DNA of 64,000 bases from Gammaproteobacteria bacterium (lineage in GTDB: Bacteria > Pseudomonadota > Gammaproteobacteria > UBA4575). Within the stretch, counting starts at the first letter, position 1. Each line of letters starts with the position of its first letter. A program made the translations under genes and the position numbers. Positions 24,285-33,914 of the stretch are shown here, in pieces. The stretch spans positions 1 through 64,000 of the forward strand of contig CBDCTA010000028.1 of assembly GCA_965221955.1 (NCBI GenBank). Reading direction: 5' to 3'. The notes under the pieces were generated by a model. The model was not told the DNA's origin and searched no databases. It was given only the letters and a program-made list of their open reading frames with translations.

Positions 24285-25168
24285 GTTTAATTGATGCCGC
24301 TCTCGTGCAACAAAAAATGAGTACGCACTACCAAAAAAATCTTGAGTACAGCCTCGCACAAATACAATTAGCTGCTGAAAAAGGTGCTGATCTTGTCGTT
24401 CTTTGTGAACTACACAGCCACTTATATTTCTGCCAAGAAGAGTCTGCACACAATTTCGAACTAGCTGAAACTATTCCTGGACCACTGACCGAAGCGCTGT
24501 CAAAAGCTGCAAAGCAAAATAATGTAGTTGTTATTGGTTCAGTTTTTGAAAAACGCACTGAAGGCCTCTATCACAACACTGCAGTGGTCATAGATAAGGA
24601 CGGTAGCTTGGCAGGTAAATATAGAAAAATGCATATTCCAGATGATCCGGGCTATTATGAAAAATACTACTTCGCCTTCGGCGACCAGGGTTTCGCTCCT
24701 ATCCAAACCTCATTAGGAAAACTTGGAGTATTGGTGTGTTGGGACCAGTGGTTTCCTGAGGCTGCACGTTTAATGACTTTAGCAGGTGCACAGTTATTAA
24801 TTTATCCGTCTGCTATTGGATGGGATCCGCGCGATGATGAAACTGAGCAACAACGCCAATTTCATGCTTGGCAAACTATTCAGCAAAGCCATGCCATCGC
24901 AAACAACTTGCCTTTAATTTGCACGAACCGCGTTGGACATGAACAAGACCCATCGAAACAATCTGATGGAATTAATTTTTGGGGTCAGTCTTTCATAACC
25001 GATACATTAGGTAAAATTGTTGCTCAAGCTTCTTCTTCAGATGCTGAAACCATATACTCGTCTGTCGACTTATCAGAAACAGAACAAACGCGCCAAATTT
25101 GGCCTTATTTGCGCGACCGACGTATTGATGAGTATGGAAATTTAACTAAACGCTTAATTGATGACTAA
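24281..25168 (+). CDS. aguB: N-carbamoylputrescine amidase (nitrilase family)
   Basis: E-K-C triad, YRKMHIPDDPGYYEK, VCWDQWFPE; coupled to aguA. Confidence 0.9.
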   Translation: MSLIDAALVQQKMSTHYQKNLEYSLAQIQLAAEKGADLVVLCELHSHLYFCQEESAHNFELAETIPGPLTEALSKAAKQNNVVVIGSVFEKRTEGLYHNTAVVIDKDGSLAGKYRKMHIPDDPGYYEKYYFAFGDQGFAPIQTSLGKLGVLVCWDQWFPEAARLMTLAGAQLLIYPSAIGWDPRDDETEQQRQFHAWQTIQQSHAIANNLPLICTNRVGHEQDPSKQSDGINFWGQSFITDTLGKIVAQASSSDAETIYSSVDLSETEQTRQIWPYLRDRRIDEYGNLTKRLIDD

Positions 25169-25398
25169 TTGTTATCTTTGTTTGCGCCAGTAAAAAATAA
25201 ATAAAAACTTTGCAGTGCAATGGCTAGAACAATAACCCCTAATAGCATTACCGCCAGCAACACTAAAAGCGCAATATTTCCTTCCCAATTAACGCCTAAA
25301 AGCTTTACTACATTCGTATCTTGATATTCTTTGTACTTGGGTATTAAGCGTGAAATGAATAGCGAGAAAATAAGCGTAAAGATAATCCCTCTTATCAC
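25165..25398 (-). CDS. small membrane protein
   Basis: 77 aa, two hydrophobic segments, GAGG RBS. Confidence 0.5.
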   Translation of the reverse strand: MIRGIIFTLIFSLFISRLIPKYKEYQDTNVVKLLGVNWEGNIALLVLLAVMLLGVIVLAIALQSFYLFFTGANKDNN

Positions 25399-25414
25399 AG
25401 AAATAACCTCATGT

Positions 25415-25654
25415 TCAAATGGCTCTCAATACTAAATAGGGTACTAGGAAAAATAAAAATATCATTAGCTTATATCCACCCATCAATGAATAGTGTATGG
25501 CATTAAACTTTTCGACTGGTAGAGAAAACCATTTTCCATGCAGCCTGTAAATCCAATCATGTGCGAGGAAAAATAATGCGGCCCATACACAAAGAATGAC
25601 AATATGAATTAACGAGCACCAAGCTAATAAGTGTAATAGTTCAGCTTTAGACAT
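25415..25654 (-). CDS. DUF6868-like small membrane protein
   Basis: HDWIYRLHGKWF..F.AIHY..MG.YKL. Confidence 0.7.
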   Translation of the reverse strand: MSKAELLHLLAWCSLIHIVILCVWAALFFLAHDWIYRLHGKWFSLPVEKFNAIHYSLMGGYKLMIFLFFLVPYLVLRAI

Positions 25655-25783
25655 ATCCGCCTCACTTCGTTGCTATGACAACACCCAGGATATGCGTTGA
25701 TTATAGCAGCAAACTTGTGATTCGCTGATTAATATTACACGAGATACAAAAGCTGAATTGCCCTTATTTAGAGATAATAAAAT

Positions 25784-26677
25784 TTATGCTGCAATCGGTT
25801 CTGCAATATCTTCAGAAATTTCAATATCAGAGGAGTCATAAGCATACACTCGATTGCGCCCATTTGAATCCGCACGTTTGATTGCTTTTTCAGCTACATC
25901 AGTCAAATCAAAACCACTCTTAATACGATCTTCTACGCATGAAACACCCACTGTAGCAGTAATACTTAAAGCGCCTATATCATGCTGATCTGAATTAGGA
26001 AGAACTTCTAATTGCTCAATTTCTGCACGAAGACGATCTGCAAGCATGATCGCCAAATCTGGTTTCGTTTGTGTTGTAGCAACAACTAATCTTTGTTCAT
26101 CATAACGTGCAACGATATCTGATGCACGTACTGAAGCTACCAAGAAATCACTTACTTTGCGAAGTACTACATCACCTACCAAATTACCTTGTTTCTTAAC
26201 AATAGATTCAAATTGATCAATTTCAAACAATAGAATTGAAAGTGGCTGATTATAACGACGAGATCGTTGCGTCTCTTCATCGACTCTACGATCAAAGTAA
26301 CGACGGTTATAAATATCTAAGATTGGATCAATAATACTTGCTTGATCCATTGCAATCGCTTGCCCGATATCACGTGTAGTTTGATAAGTCAGGAAACAAA
26401 GAAGTAGAACAAACCCTGAAGCAGCAAAACATATTGCTGGGAAAGTAATGTTAGCAAGCACAAGTTTGCCTGTAACAAGCATAAACATATACGTTGTATA
26501 GCCTACAATAAAACCCACTATAAAGAACGATAAAATCTTCCAGTTATTTCGAACTTCACCTAAAGGTAGCTTTTTTACTAATTGCTGAACAACAAAAAGC
26601 GAAGCCGCAAATAGAAAAATGCTGCTTAATAATAAAATATTAGCTAATAGAAACATGCTAGTAACTCCAAAAATCAT
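25784..26677 (-). CDS. membrane protein with degenerate GGDEF domain
   Basis: DPILDIYNRR; RASD I-site present; active-site loop reads RYDEQR. Confidence 0.85.
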   Translation of the reverse strand: MIFGVTSMFLLANILLLSSIFLFAASLFVVQQLVKKLPLGEVRNNWKILSFFIVGFIVGYTTYMFMLVTGKLVLANITFPAICFAASGFVLLLCFLTYQTTRDIGQAIAMDQASIIDPILDIYNRRYFDRRVDEETQRSRRYNQPLSILLFEIDQFESIVKKQGNLVGDVVLRKVSDFLVASVRASDIVARYDEQRLVVATTQTKPDLAIMLADRLRAEIEQLEVLPNSDQHDIGALSITATVGVSCVEDRIKSGFDLTDVAEKAIKRADSNGRNRVYAYDSSDIEISEDIAEPIAA

Positions 26678-26715
26678 CCTTAATTTTTTGAGAACGAGTT
26701 AGGCTAAATATTTAG

Positions 26716-27972
26716 TTAAGGCGCTAACTCACTTATTACTATATCCACTGTCTCGGACTGATTTGTTTTTACAGATTGGACACTTCCAAATAAGTCCCCA
26801 GATTGCATAACTGCTTGTCCAGACTTTGAAATCCTTGCAATAACCTCAACCTGCTCCATGCTGGATAAAGTCATGCTAGGCATCATTGAAACAGAATCAT
26901 CTAGGGTAACAGTAGCAGGTAGGTCTCCAGCGGTCATTTTAACTAGAGCTAAAGGCATCTTCGGTCCATTCATGGCGCGCGCATAAATAAATAGCGTGTC
27001 CGAGTTCACAGTATTTTTGTGTACTGCATCACTTATAGTCACGTTTACTGTTATCTTAGTTTCATAAGCTTTAGTTGATTTTGTGTTTGTGAGTTCGCCA
27101 GGATCGTCAACTGTTTGTGTAACTTTAATTCCAGCTTTTTGTTTAGCATCATTCAGATACTTTATTAATGCTGATTTTACATCAGCTTGATCATCAGGCA
27201 CTTGTTGAATCAATTTTTCCCAGTGCTTTACTGAAGCCGAATAGTTTTGTAACTGGTAAGCTGCCATTCCTGCATACCATAGTCCTCGCTCATTATTTGG
27301 TTCAATCTGCAAAGCCTTAGTAAATAGTGTTGAAGCACTTTCATCAAAATTATTACCCGCTGCAAAACCTTTAGCTTCACCAAATGAAATAAGAACATCA
27401 GGATCTGCGCCATTGCTTAATTCATTAGCCTTGGCATAAGCTTTTACAGCATCATCAAAACGCTGCGTGACTAGATAAGAACGACCTAACATTTTCCAGC
27501 TTTCAAGGTTATCAGGTTCTCGCTCTAAGTGTTGCTCAAGCTTTGTTATTGCTTCTTCAACTGAACCCACTTGATTAGATTGTTGAGCTAACATTTTTTT
27601 TTGAAACTCAGGATCTAGAGACTGCAGACCGTTCTCAAGTTGCAAATAGGTCAGCACAGCAGCCACAGGAATGCCTAATAAAATAATGATAGGTAGTATT
27701 TTATTGCTGGTTTTAAAAGCAACTTCTTTATGGTCTTCTAAATCATCGATTAATGATCGTTCTAAATCCGACTTAGCAATTGCATACTGTTCCGTATCTA
27801 TTAGATCATTATTTTTGTCACTTTCTAACTCTAAAAGCTTTTTTTCATATACTGCGCGATTAATCTTCTTTCGATCTAAATCTTTAAGCGCTTGCTTGGA
27901 TACTAAAGCAGGCAAAATAATTATCAATGCAACAACAATTAACAAGCCACATATGATCCAAAATGTATACAT
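26716..27972 (-). CDS. ccmI: cytochrome c biogenesis TPR protein
   Basis: TM helices, TPRs (WKMLGRSY), GPKMPLA, ARISKSG. Confidence 0.92.
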   Translation of the reverse strand: MYTFWIICGLLIVVALIIILPALVSKQALKDLDRKKINRAVYEKKLLELESDKNNDLIDTEQYAIAKSDLERSLIDDLEDHKEVAFKTSNKILPIIILLGIPVAAVLTYLQLENGLQSLDPEFQKKMLAQQSNQVGSVEEAITKLEQHLEREPDNLESWKMLGRSYLVTQRFDDAVKAYAKANELSNGADPDVLISFGEAKGFAAGNNFDESASTLFTKALQIEPNNERGLWYAGMAAYQLQNYSASVKHWEKLIQQVPDDQADVKSALIKYLNDAKQKAGIKVTQTVDDPGELTNTKSTKAYETKITVNVTISDAVHKNTVNSDTLFIYARAMNGPKMPLALVKMTAGDLPATVTLDDSVSMMPSMTLSSMEQVEVIARISKSGQAVMQSGDLFGSVQSVKTNQSETVDIVISELAP

Positions 27973-27979
27973 TAAGCAT

Positions 27980-28438
27980 TTACTCTTTTGGTTCGTTTAA
28001 AATCGAGTCTAGCTTCTTTCTTTCGTCATCAGATAATTCTACATTTGTAGAAATTTTTTGCTTTTTGACAAAAAGCAGTACTAATAACAACACTACGACT
28101 AAAAATAGAAATGGCCCAAACCATAATAAATAGGTTTTTGGTTGCACCAGAGGTTTATATAAGACGAAGTCTCCATAACGGTTCGCCATAAACTCAATGA
28201 TTTCAGAATCCGACGCACCTTGATTAAGCATCTTATTCACTTCAACCCGCAAATCATTAGCCAATTCTGAATTAGATTCTGCAATCGTTTGGTTTTGGCA
28301 AACCAAACATCTCAGCTCATTCAAGAGCGCGTGATAACGCTTCTCATATTCAGGTGCCACGATTAAAGGTTCTGCGATTACTGATTGCAACGCAAGAAAC
28401 ACAAAAATAATTAAATAATATAAATTATGATGCTTCAT
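27980..28438 (-). CDS. ccmH: cytochrome c biogenesis protein CcmH
   Basis: LRCLVCQNQ, RYGDFVLY. Confidence 0.95.
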   Translation of the reverse strand: MKHHNLYYLIIFVFLALQSVIAEPLIVAPEYEKRYHALLNELRCLVCQNQTIAESNSELANDLRVEVNKMLNQGASDSEIIEFMANRYGDFVLYKPLVQPKTYLLWFGPFLFLVVVLLLVLLFVKKQKISTNVELSDDERKKLDSILNEPKE

Positions 28439-28958
28439 TTCTTAATTGCTGAATCAGAGGAAGGATTCCTGCTTCCATTTCTTCTATCGTCAGCGGCCCA
28501 ATATGTTTATGACGAATAATTCCTTTTTTATCAATAATGAAGGTTTCAGGCGCCCCATATACCCCCCAATCAATCGCGACCCTTCCCTCTTGATCAACCG
28601 CATTACTAACAAAAGGATTACCAAAATCTCTCAAATAGGTTTTTGCTTGAACACTGTCATCTTTATAGTTCAACCCATATATAGGCGCAACATTTCTTTT
28701 CGCCAACTCTAACAGCACATGATGTTCTTGCTTGCATGCAAAACACCAAGTTGCCCATACATTCAAAATTGATACTTTCCCAATAAATTCTCGTTCCGAA
28801 AATATTTTGTCTGCTTGTTCTAACCTAGGAAGTGAAAACTCTGGTACGGGCTTACCTATCAACGGTGAATCAACTTTTGAAGGGTCTTTATATAACCCTA
28901 TGAATAGGAAGCCACATAACACAAAAAAAAGAACAACAGGCAATAGATATTTAAGCAT
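28425..28958 (-). CDS. ccmG: thiol:disulfide interchange protein CcmG/DsbE
   Basis: WATWCFAC, GVYGAPETF. Confidence 0.95.
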   Translation of the reverse strand: MLKYLLPVVLFFVLCGFLFIGLYKDPSKVDSPLIGKPVPEFSLPRLEQADKIFSEREFIGKVSILNVWATWCFACKQEHHVLLELAKRNVAPIYGLNYKDDSVQAKTYLRDFGNPFVSNAVDQEGRVAIDWGVYGAPETFIIDKKGIIRHKHIGPLTIEEMEAGILPLIQQLRNEAS

Positions 28959-28968
28959 GATGAATATA

Positions 28969-30975
28969 TTAAGAAGCAGCTTCTGCAGCTACTTTTTTAT
29001 CAGATTTAGATTTTACTAATACCACCTCTTCTCGCTTTAACTTAAGACGATAACGTCGATCCAAAGCAGCAAGCAATCCTCCTAGCGCCATTAAACCAGC
29101 ACCAATCCAGATCCATTGTATGAAGGGCTTATAGTATAGACGCATACCCCAAGCTTGATTATTTATTTTCTCGCCTAAAGAAACATATACGTCTCTTAAA
29201 AATCCTGAGTCAATCCCTGCTTCTGTCATTGGATTTTGTTGCACAAGATAGGTGCGTTTCTCAGGAAAAAGTGTTGCCACTTTTTTACTATTTTTAAATA
29301 CATCAACCGATGCTTTTTTAGATGAATAATTAGGTCCTTGCACAGCATCTACACTATTAAATCTAAATTTGTAACCTGCCATTTCAACTTCGCCACCGAT
29401 TTGCATTGGAATTTCTTTTTCTTCTTGAAATGCATTTACAAAAGTAACTCCGAAAACAAACACACCAATCCCTATATGCGCCAGCGTCATACCATATGTT
29501 GCCTTTGGAATTTTCTTTAAGTGTTGAAACGCATTATGTCTCGCATCACTACGTCCAATATTTTTGAGTAAGTAATAGAGTGCTGCAAAAATAGACCAAC
29601 TCCCTAATGCTATGCCTAAGACCACAAGTATTGAGGTTCTGCCTGCGATCACAAAAGGCAATACAAGTCCAATAATGAGCCCAATAACTACAACTTTTAC
29701 TAATTTTTTTAATGTTTCAGTGAGATTTGCTTTTTTCCACCGTAAAAACGGTCCAACACCTACTACTAACACTAACGGCAACATTAATGGCACAAATACT
29801 GCGTTAAAATACGGAGGCCCTACAGAAATCTTTCCTGCATTCAATGCATCTAAGAACAATGGATATAGTGTGCCAACTAAAATCGTAAACATTGCTACTA
29901 ACAGCAATACATTATTTAATAATAAAGCTGTCTCACGTGAGACTAATTCAAATTGACCAATTGATTTAATTTTTGGTGCACGTATTGCATATAGTAGTAA
30001 GGAGCCACCGATGACTACTGCCAAGAACAGCAATATATAAACTCCACGTGCAGGGTCTGTTGCAAATGCATGCACTGAAACCAATACGCCCGAACGCACT
30101 AAGAAAGTTCCTAATAAGCTCAACGAGAAAGCTAAAATGGCTAATAACACTGTCCAGTTTTTAAAGCTTGAACGCTTTTCCGTTACTGCTAGAGAATGTA
30201 TTAATGCAGTACCCACTAACCAAGGCATAAATGAGGCATTTTCCACTGGATCCCAGAACCACCAGCCTCCCCAACCGAGTTCATGATAAGCCCACCAACT
30301 TCCTAGTGCGATCCCGATGGTTAAAAAGACCCAAGCAAAGGTTGCCCATGGTCGAGACCATCTTGCCCATGCTGAATCTAGCTTTCCACCTAATAAAGCT
30401 GCGATCGCAAATGCAAATGCAACCGAAAACCCAACATATCCCATGTATAACATTGGAGGATGAATCACCAAGCCAGGATCTTGTAGTAAAGGATTTAGAT
30501 CGCGTCCTTCAAGTGGTACAGGGAAAATTCGCTCGAATGGGTTCGAAGTAAGTAGTGTAAACAGAATAAATCCAACACTTACAAAACCCATTACACCCAA
30601 CACACGTGCGACCATGTCGTTAGGTAGACTTCTACTAAAAATGGTAACCGCGAAGGTCCATGCCCCTAACATTAAAACCCAAAGCAATAATGATCCTTCG
30701 TGTGCTCCCCAAACGGCTGAGATTTTATATTGTAAAGGCAATGCAGTATTTGAATTATTTGCCACATACAAAACTGAAAAATCAGATGCAATAAAGCTAT
30801 ACGTTATGCAAACATAGGAAATTAATAGAAATAGAAACTGACCTCGAGCTGCAGGTTTAGCAACCGCTATCCATTGGCTTGTTTGAGTTTGCGCACCAAG
30901 AATTGGAATAATAGTTTGAACAATCGCCAAACATAGCGCTATGACTAAAGCAAAATGACCAATCTCTGGAATCAT
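28969..30975 (-). CDS. ccmF: heme lyase CcmF
   Basis: WGGWWFWDPVENAS, HPPMLY. Confidence 0.97.
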   Translation of the reverse strand: MIPEIGHFALVIALCLAIVQTIIPILGAQTQTSQWIAVAKPAARGQFLFLLISYVCITYSFIASDFSVLYVANNSNTALPLQYKISAVWGAHEGSLLLWVLMLGAWTFAVTIFSRSLPNDMVARVLGVMGFVSVGFILFTLLTSNPFERIFPVPLEGRDLNPLLQDPGLVIHPPMLYMGYVGFSVAFAFAIAALLGGKLDSAWARWSRPWATFAWVFLTIGIALGSWWAYHELGWGGWWFWDPVENASFMPWLVGTALIHSLAVTEKRSSFKNWTVLLAILAFSLSLLGTFLVRSGVLVSVHAFATDPARGVYILLFLAVVIGGSLLLYAIRAPKIKSIGQFELVSRETALLLNNVLLLVAMFTILVGTLYPLFLDALNAGKISVGPPYFNAVFVPLMLPLVLVVGVGPFLRWKKANLTETLKKLVKVVVIGLIIGLVLPFVIAGRTSILVVLGIALGSWSIFAALYYLLKNIGRSDARHNAFQHLKKIPKATYGMTLAHIGIGVFVFGVTFVNAFQEEKEIPMQIGGEVEMAGYKFRFNSVDAVQGPNYSSKKASVDVFKNSKKVATLFPEKRTYLVQQNPMTEAGIDSGFLRDVYVSLGEKINNQAWGMRLYYKPFIQWIWIGAGLMALGGLLAALDRRYRLKLKREEVVLVKSKSDKKVAAEAAS

Positions 30976-30995
30976 AATCTATGATGAGTAAACTT

Positions 30996-31457
30996 TTAGT
31001 AATTTTTCTTTGGAATGTTTTCTGGATGTGATGCGCCAGAAGCTTTTAGCGCCTCTGCCACCTCAGGAGGCATATAATTTTCGTCATGCTTGGCTAACAC
31101 TTCTTGGGCAACAATAGTTCCTTCCGAGTTGAGTTTGCCCTGCGCCACGATTCCTTGCCCTTCACGAAACAAATCTGGCAAAAGACCTTTATAGCGTACC
31201 GTTACAGTTCCCGAAGTATCGGTTAAATCAAATTCAGTCGTAACACCATCATTAAAACGATTTACACTTCCTTCAACCACTAAGCCACCTATCCTGAAAA
31301 GTTTATCTTGACTTACTTCTCCTGCAACAATTTCAGTTGGGGTATAAAAGTAGGTTTTATTTTTTTGTATGGCATAAACCCCAAGTGCTGTTGCAGCACT
31401 AAATCCTAATAGCACAATCGTTACAAATATCAAACGTTGTTTTCTTTTTGGTCGCAT
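30996..31457 (-). CDS. ccmE: heme chaperone CcmE
   Basis: LPDLFREGQG, LAKHDENYMP. Confidence 0.97.
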   Translation of the reverse strand: MRPKRKQRLIFVTIVLLGFSAATALGVYAIQKNKTYFYTPTEIVAGEVSQDKLFRIGGLVVEGSVNRFNDGVTTEFDLTDTSGTVTVRYKGLLPDLFREGQGIVAQGKLNSEGTIVAQEVLAKHDENYMPPEVAEALKASGASHPENIPKKNY

Positions 31458-31470
31458 CTTACTAGTTTAC

Positions 31471-31620
31471 CTATTCTTCCAAGCTTTCTTTAATTTCTTT
31501 AGTGAGTTTTTTCTTGCGCCGATTTGCAATCACTATACTCAATACAAGTGCCAACATTGTAATTCCATAAGAACTCCAAATATACATCCACTTACCATCC
31601 ATGTAGAAAAATTCTTGCAT
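31471..31620 (-). CDS. ccmD: heme exporter protein D (absent from the ORF track)
   Basis: Hand translation MQEFFYMDGKWMYIWSSYGITMLALVLSIVIANRRKKKLTKEIKESLEE*, between ccmC and ccmE. Confidence 0.9.
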   Translation of the reverse strand: MQEFFYMDGKWMYIWSSYGITMLALVLSIVIANRRKKKLTKEIKESLEE

Positions 31621-31622
31621 CT

Positions 31623-32360
31623 TCAACTTTCTGTTATTAGTTTCTTAACCCAGTTTGTAGAACGTTCGCGGGAAACAATTTCATTGCGTATGCGTATAAA
31701 CAGCACCCAAACAAAATATACTTTGAAAGCAATTGCCATGACCAATAACGGATAAAGCATACTTGGATCCATTGATGGTTTATCAGAAATAATTTCCATA
31801 TTAGGTTGATGTAATGAATTCCACCAGGTTACAGAATAGTGAATAATAGGAATATTAATCACGCCTACAATAGCTAACATGCTTGCAGCTTTTGCAGCTA
31901 CACGTTTATCTTCAATCGAAGAATAAATAGCGATTACACCAAAGTATAAAAACAATAATATTAGTTCCGAGGTTAATCTCGCATCCCATGTCCAGTACGT
32001 ACCCCAAGTAGGTTTACCCCATAACATTCCAGTAATCAGCGCTAGTGCTGTGAACACAGCACCAATTACTGCACATTCAGACACTACAATTTCGGAAATC
32101 TTTGTTTTCCATACCAATGCTACAAATCCTGCAACTGCCATCACCATATATACAAACATCGACATCCACGCTGCTGGCACATGAATGAAAATGATTCGAT
32201 AGGATTCACCTTGTTGATAATCCGTAGGTGCAACGACTAAGCCCCAATACAAGCCAATTGCCATTAGTATGAGCGTTATACCGCCTAACCACGGTAGCCA
32301 TTTACCCGACCACTCGTAGTAATATTTTGGTGAAGACAATTTATGAAACCAAGCCCACAT
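31623..32360 (-). CDS. ccmC: heme exporter protein C
   Basis: WGKPTWGTYWTWDARLT. Confidence 0.97.
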   Translation of the reverse strand: MWAWFHKLSSPKYYYEWSGKWLPWLGGITLILMAIGLYWGLVVAPTDYQQGESYRIIFIHVPAAWMSMFVYMVMAVAGFVALVWKTKISEIVVSECAVIGAVFTALALITGMLWGKPTWGTYWTWDARLTSELILLFLYFGVIAIYSSIEDKRVAAKAASMLAIVGVINIPIIHYSVTWWNSLHQPNMEIISDKPSMDPSMLYPLLVMAIAFKVYFVWVLFIRIRNEIVSRERSTNWVKKLITES

Positions 32361-32372
32361 TTATAACTTTCT

Positions 32373-33044
32373 CTAGTTCATACTAATTTTTAGTGAAGCA
32401 CCGATCGCTAGTGGTGCCAATATCAATGCCAGAATCAATCCAGCACCAAGCATTGCTAAGTGCCCAGAAGATGACATGCCTTCAATAGCTGTACTGACTG
32501 CAGCAGAAGCAAAAATCAACACCGGGATATACAATGGCAATACCAGCAAGCCTAATAGTACACCACCGCCACGCAAGCCTGCGGTTAATGCCACACCAAT
32601 TGCACCAATTAAGCTGAGTATCGGCGTCCCGATTAATACTGTTAACAATAATGTGGGTATTGCCTGCTGAGGTATATATAAGAGTAAGGCCATTAAAGGC
32701 ACTATGATCAACATTGGCAAACCTGTAATCAACCAGTGCGCAATGACTTTGCCTAAAATTAATAACGTCGGAGGATGTTGGCTTAAAAACAATTGCTCAA
32801 CACTACCGTCATCAAAGTCTTGCCTAAAAATACTTTCCATCGAAATTAATGCTGCAAGCAACGCAGTAACCCAAACTACACCTGGTGCTAACTGACTTAG
32901 AAAGTCCTTATCAGGACTCACTCCTAATGGAAACAAAGTTACTACAATCACATAAAATAGAATTGGATTCATTAATTCCGCACGTCGGCGAAATGCGACT
33001 AATAAATCGCGACGTATAATTGTGATAAGTGCATTTAACATCAA
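32373..33044 (-). CDS. ccmB: heme exporter protein B
   Basis: FRQDFDDGSVEQ, LPLYIPVLIF. Confidence 0.95.
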   Translation of the reverse strand: MMLNALITIIRRDLLVAFRRRAELMNPILFYVIVVTLFPLGVSPDKDFLSQLAPGVVWVTALLAALISMESIFRQDFDDGSVEQLFLSQHPPTLLILGKVIAHWLITGLPMLIIVPLMALLLYIPQQAIPTLLLTVLIGTPILSLIGAIGVALTAGLRGGGVLLGLLVLPLYIPVLIFASAAVSTAIEGMSSSGHLAMLGAGLILALILAPLAIGASLKISMN

Positions 33045-33051
33045 TTTATAT

Positions 33052-33687
33052 TCAACTAGACAGGTTAATACATTTCATTTTCTGCGAAGGAAGCACTAGT
33101 TCACGATGCGTGGTTACAATTAACATACCGTTATTTTCTAAATGCTTTTTCAACACATTTTCAAACTCAGTAACAAATTCTTTATCTAATGCAGTAAGTG
33201 GCTCATCTAAAACCCAAAGAATCCTTTCCTCTAGTTGCAAACGAGCTAATGCTACGCGGCGTTTTTGTCCTGCAGAAAGTTTACGTGTAAGCACGTTGCG
33301 TTGCTTAAACAATCCTACCGAACGAATAATGTCTTTAATTTCGCTCTCTTCTCTATTCGAACCTACTAAACGCTGTGCAAATACAAGGTTTTCCAATACG
33401 GTTAGATCCAATTTGACACCTGAAGCGTGTCCAATATATGAAATCTGCTGTTGATAATCTTCATGACCATCAATTGATTCACCACACCAGCTTATTTCGC
33501 CTTCAGTTGGATAATTAAATCCACATAAAATTCTAAGCAGACTGGTTTTACCGCTACCATTGCTGCCTTCAACAACTAAAGCTTCACCAGATTGAATTTC
33601 GAAATGAATTTTAGAGAATAGTTCAGTACTACCCTTCACACATTTAAGGTCATGTGCTTTGAGTACGCTTACCTCCTGTGTGCGCAT
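33052..33687 (-). CDS. ccmA: heme export ATPase CcmA
   Basis: GSNGSGKT, LSAGQKRRVALARL. Confidence 0.95.
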   Translation of the reverse strand: MRTQEVSVLKAHDLKCVKGSTELFSKIHFEIQSGEALVVEGSNGSGKTSLLRILCGFNYPTEGEISWCGESIDGHEDYQQQISYIGHASGVKLDLTVLENLVFAQRLVGSNREESEIKDIIRSVGLFKQRNVLTRKLSAGQKRRVALARLQLEERILWVLDEPLTALDKEFVTEFENVLKKHLENNGMLIVTTHRELVLPSQKMKCINLSS

Positions 33688-33914
33688 AGCATTCTAATAA
33701 TTAAAGAAAAATATAGGTTAAGATGGGTAACTCATTAATTACATAGGGATCTTAACACGTGGTGGCGTAGAAGCGACGAATGATGCTCTAACGCCGATAG
33801 CAGGTGGGACCCAATCTTTATAAAGACTAGCAAATCGCGGTTCCAGCCACCCATCACAATGAGTAGAATGTCGTGCTTTTTAACCATCTGTCATAAGCCC
33901 ATCTAGAACCTCAA

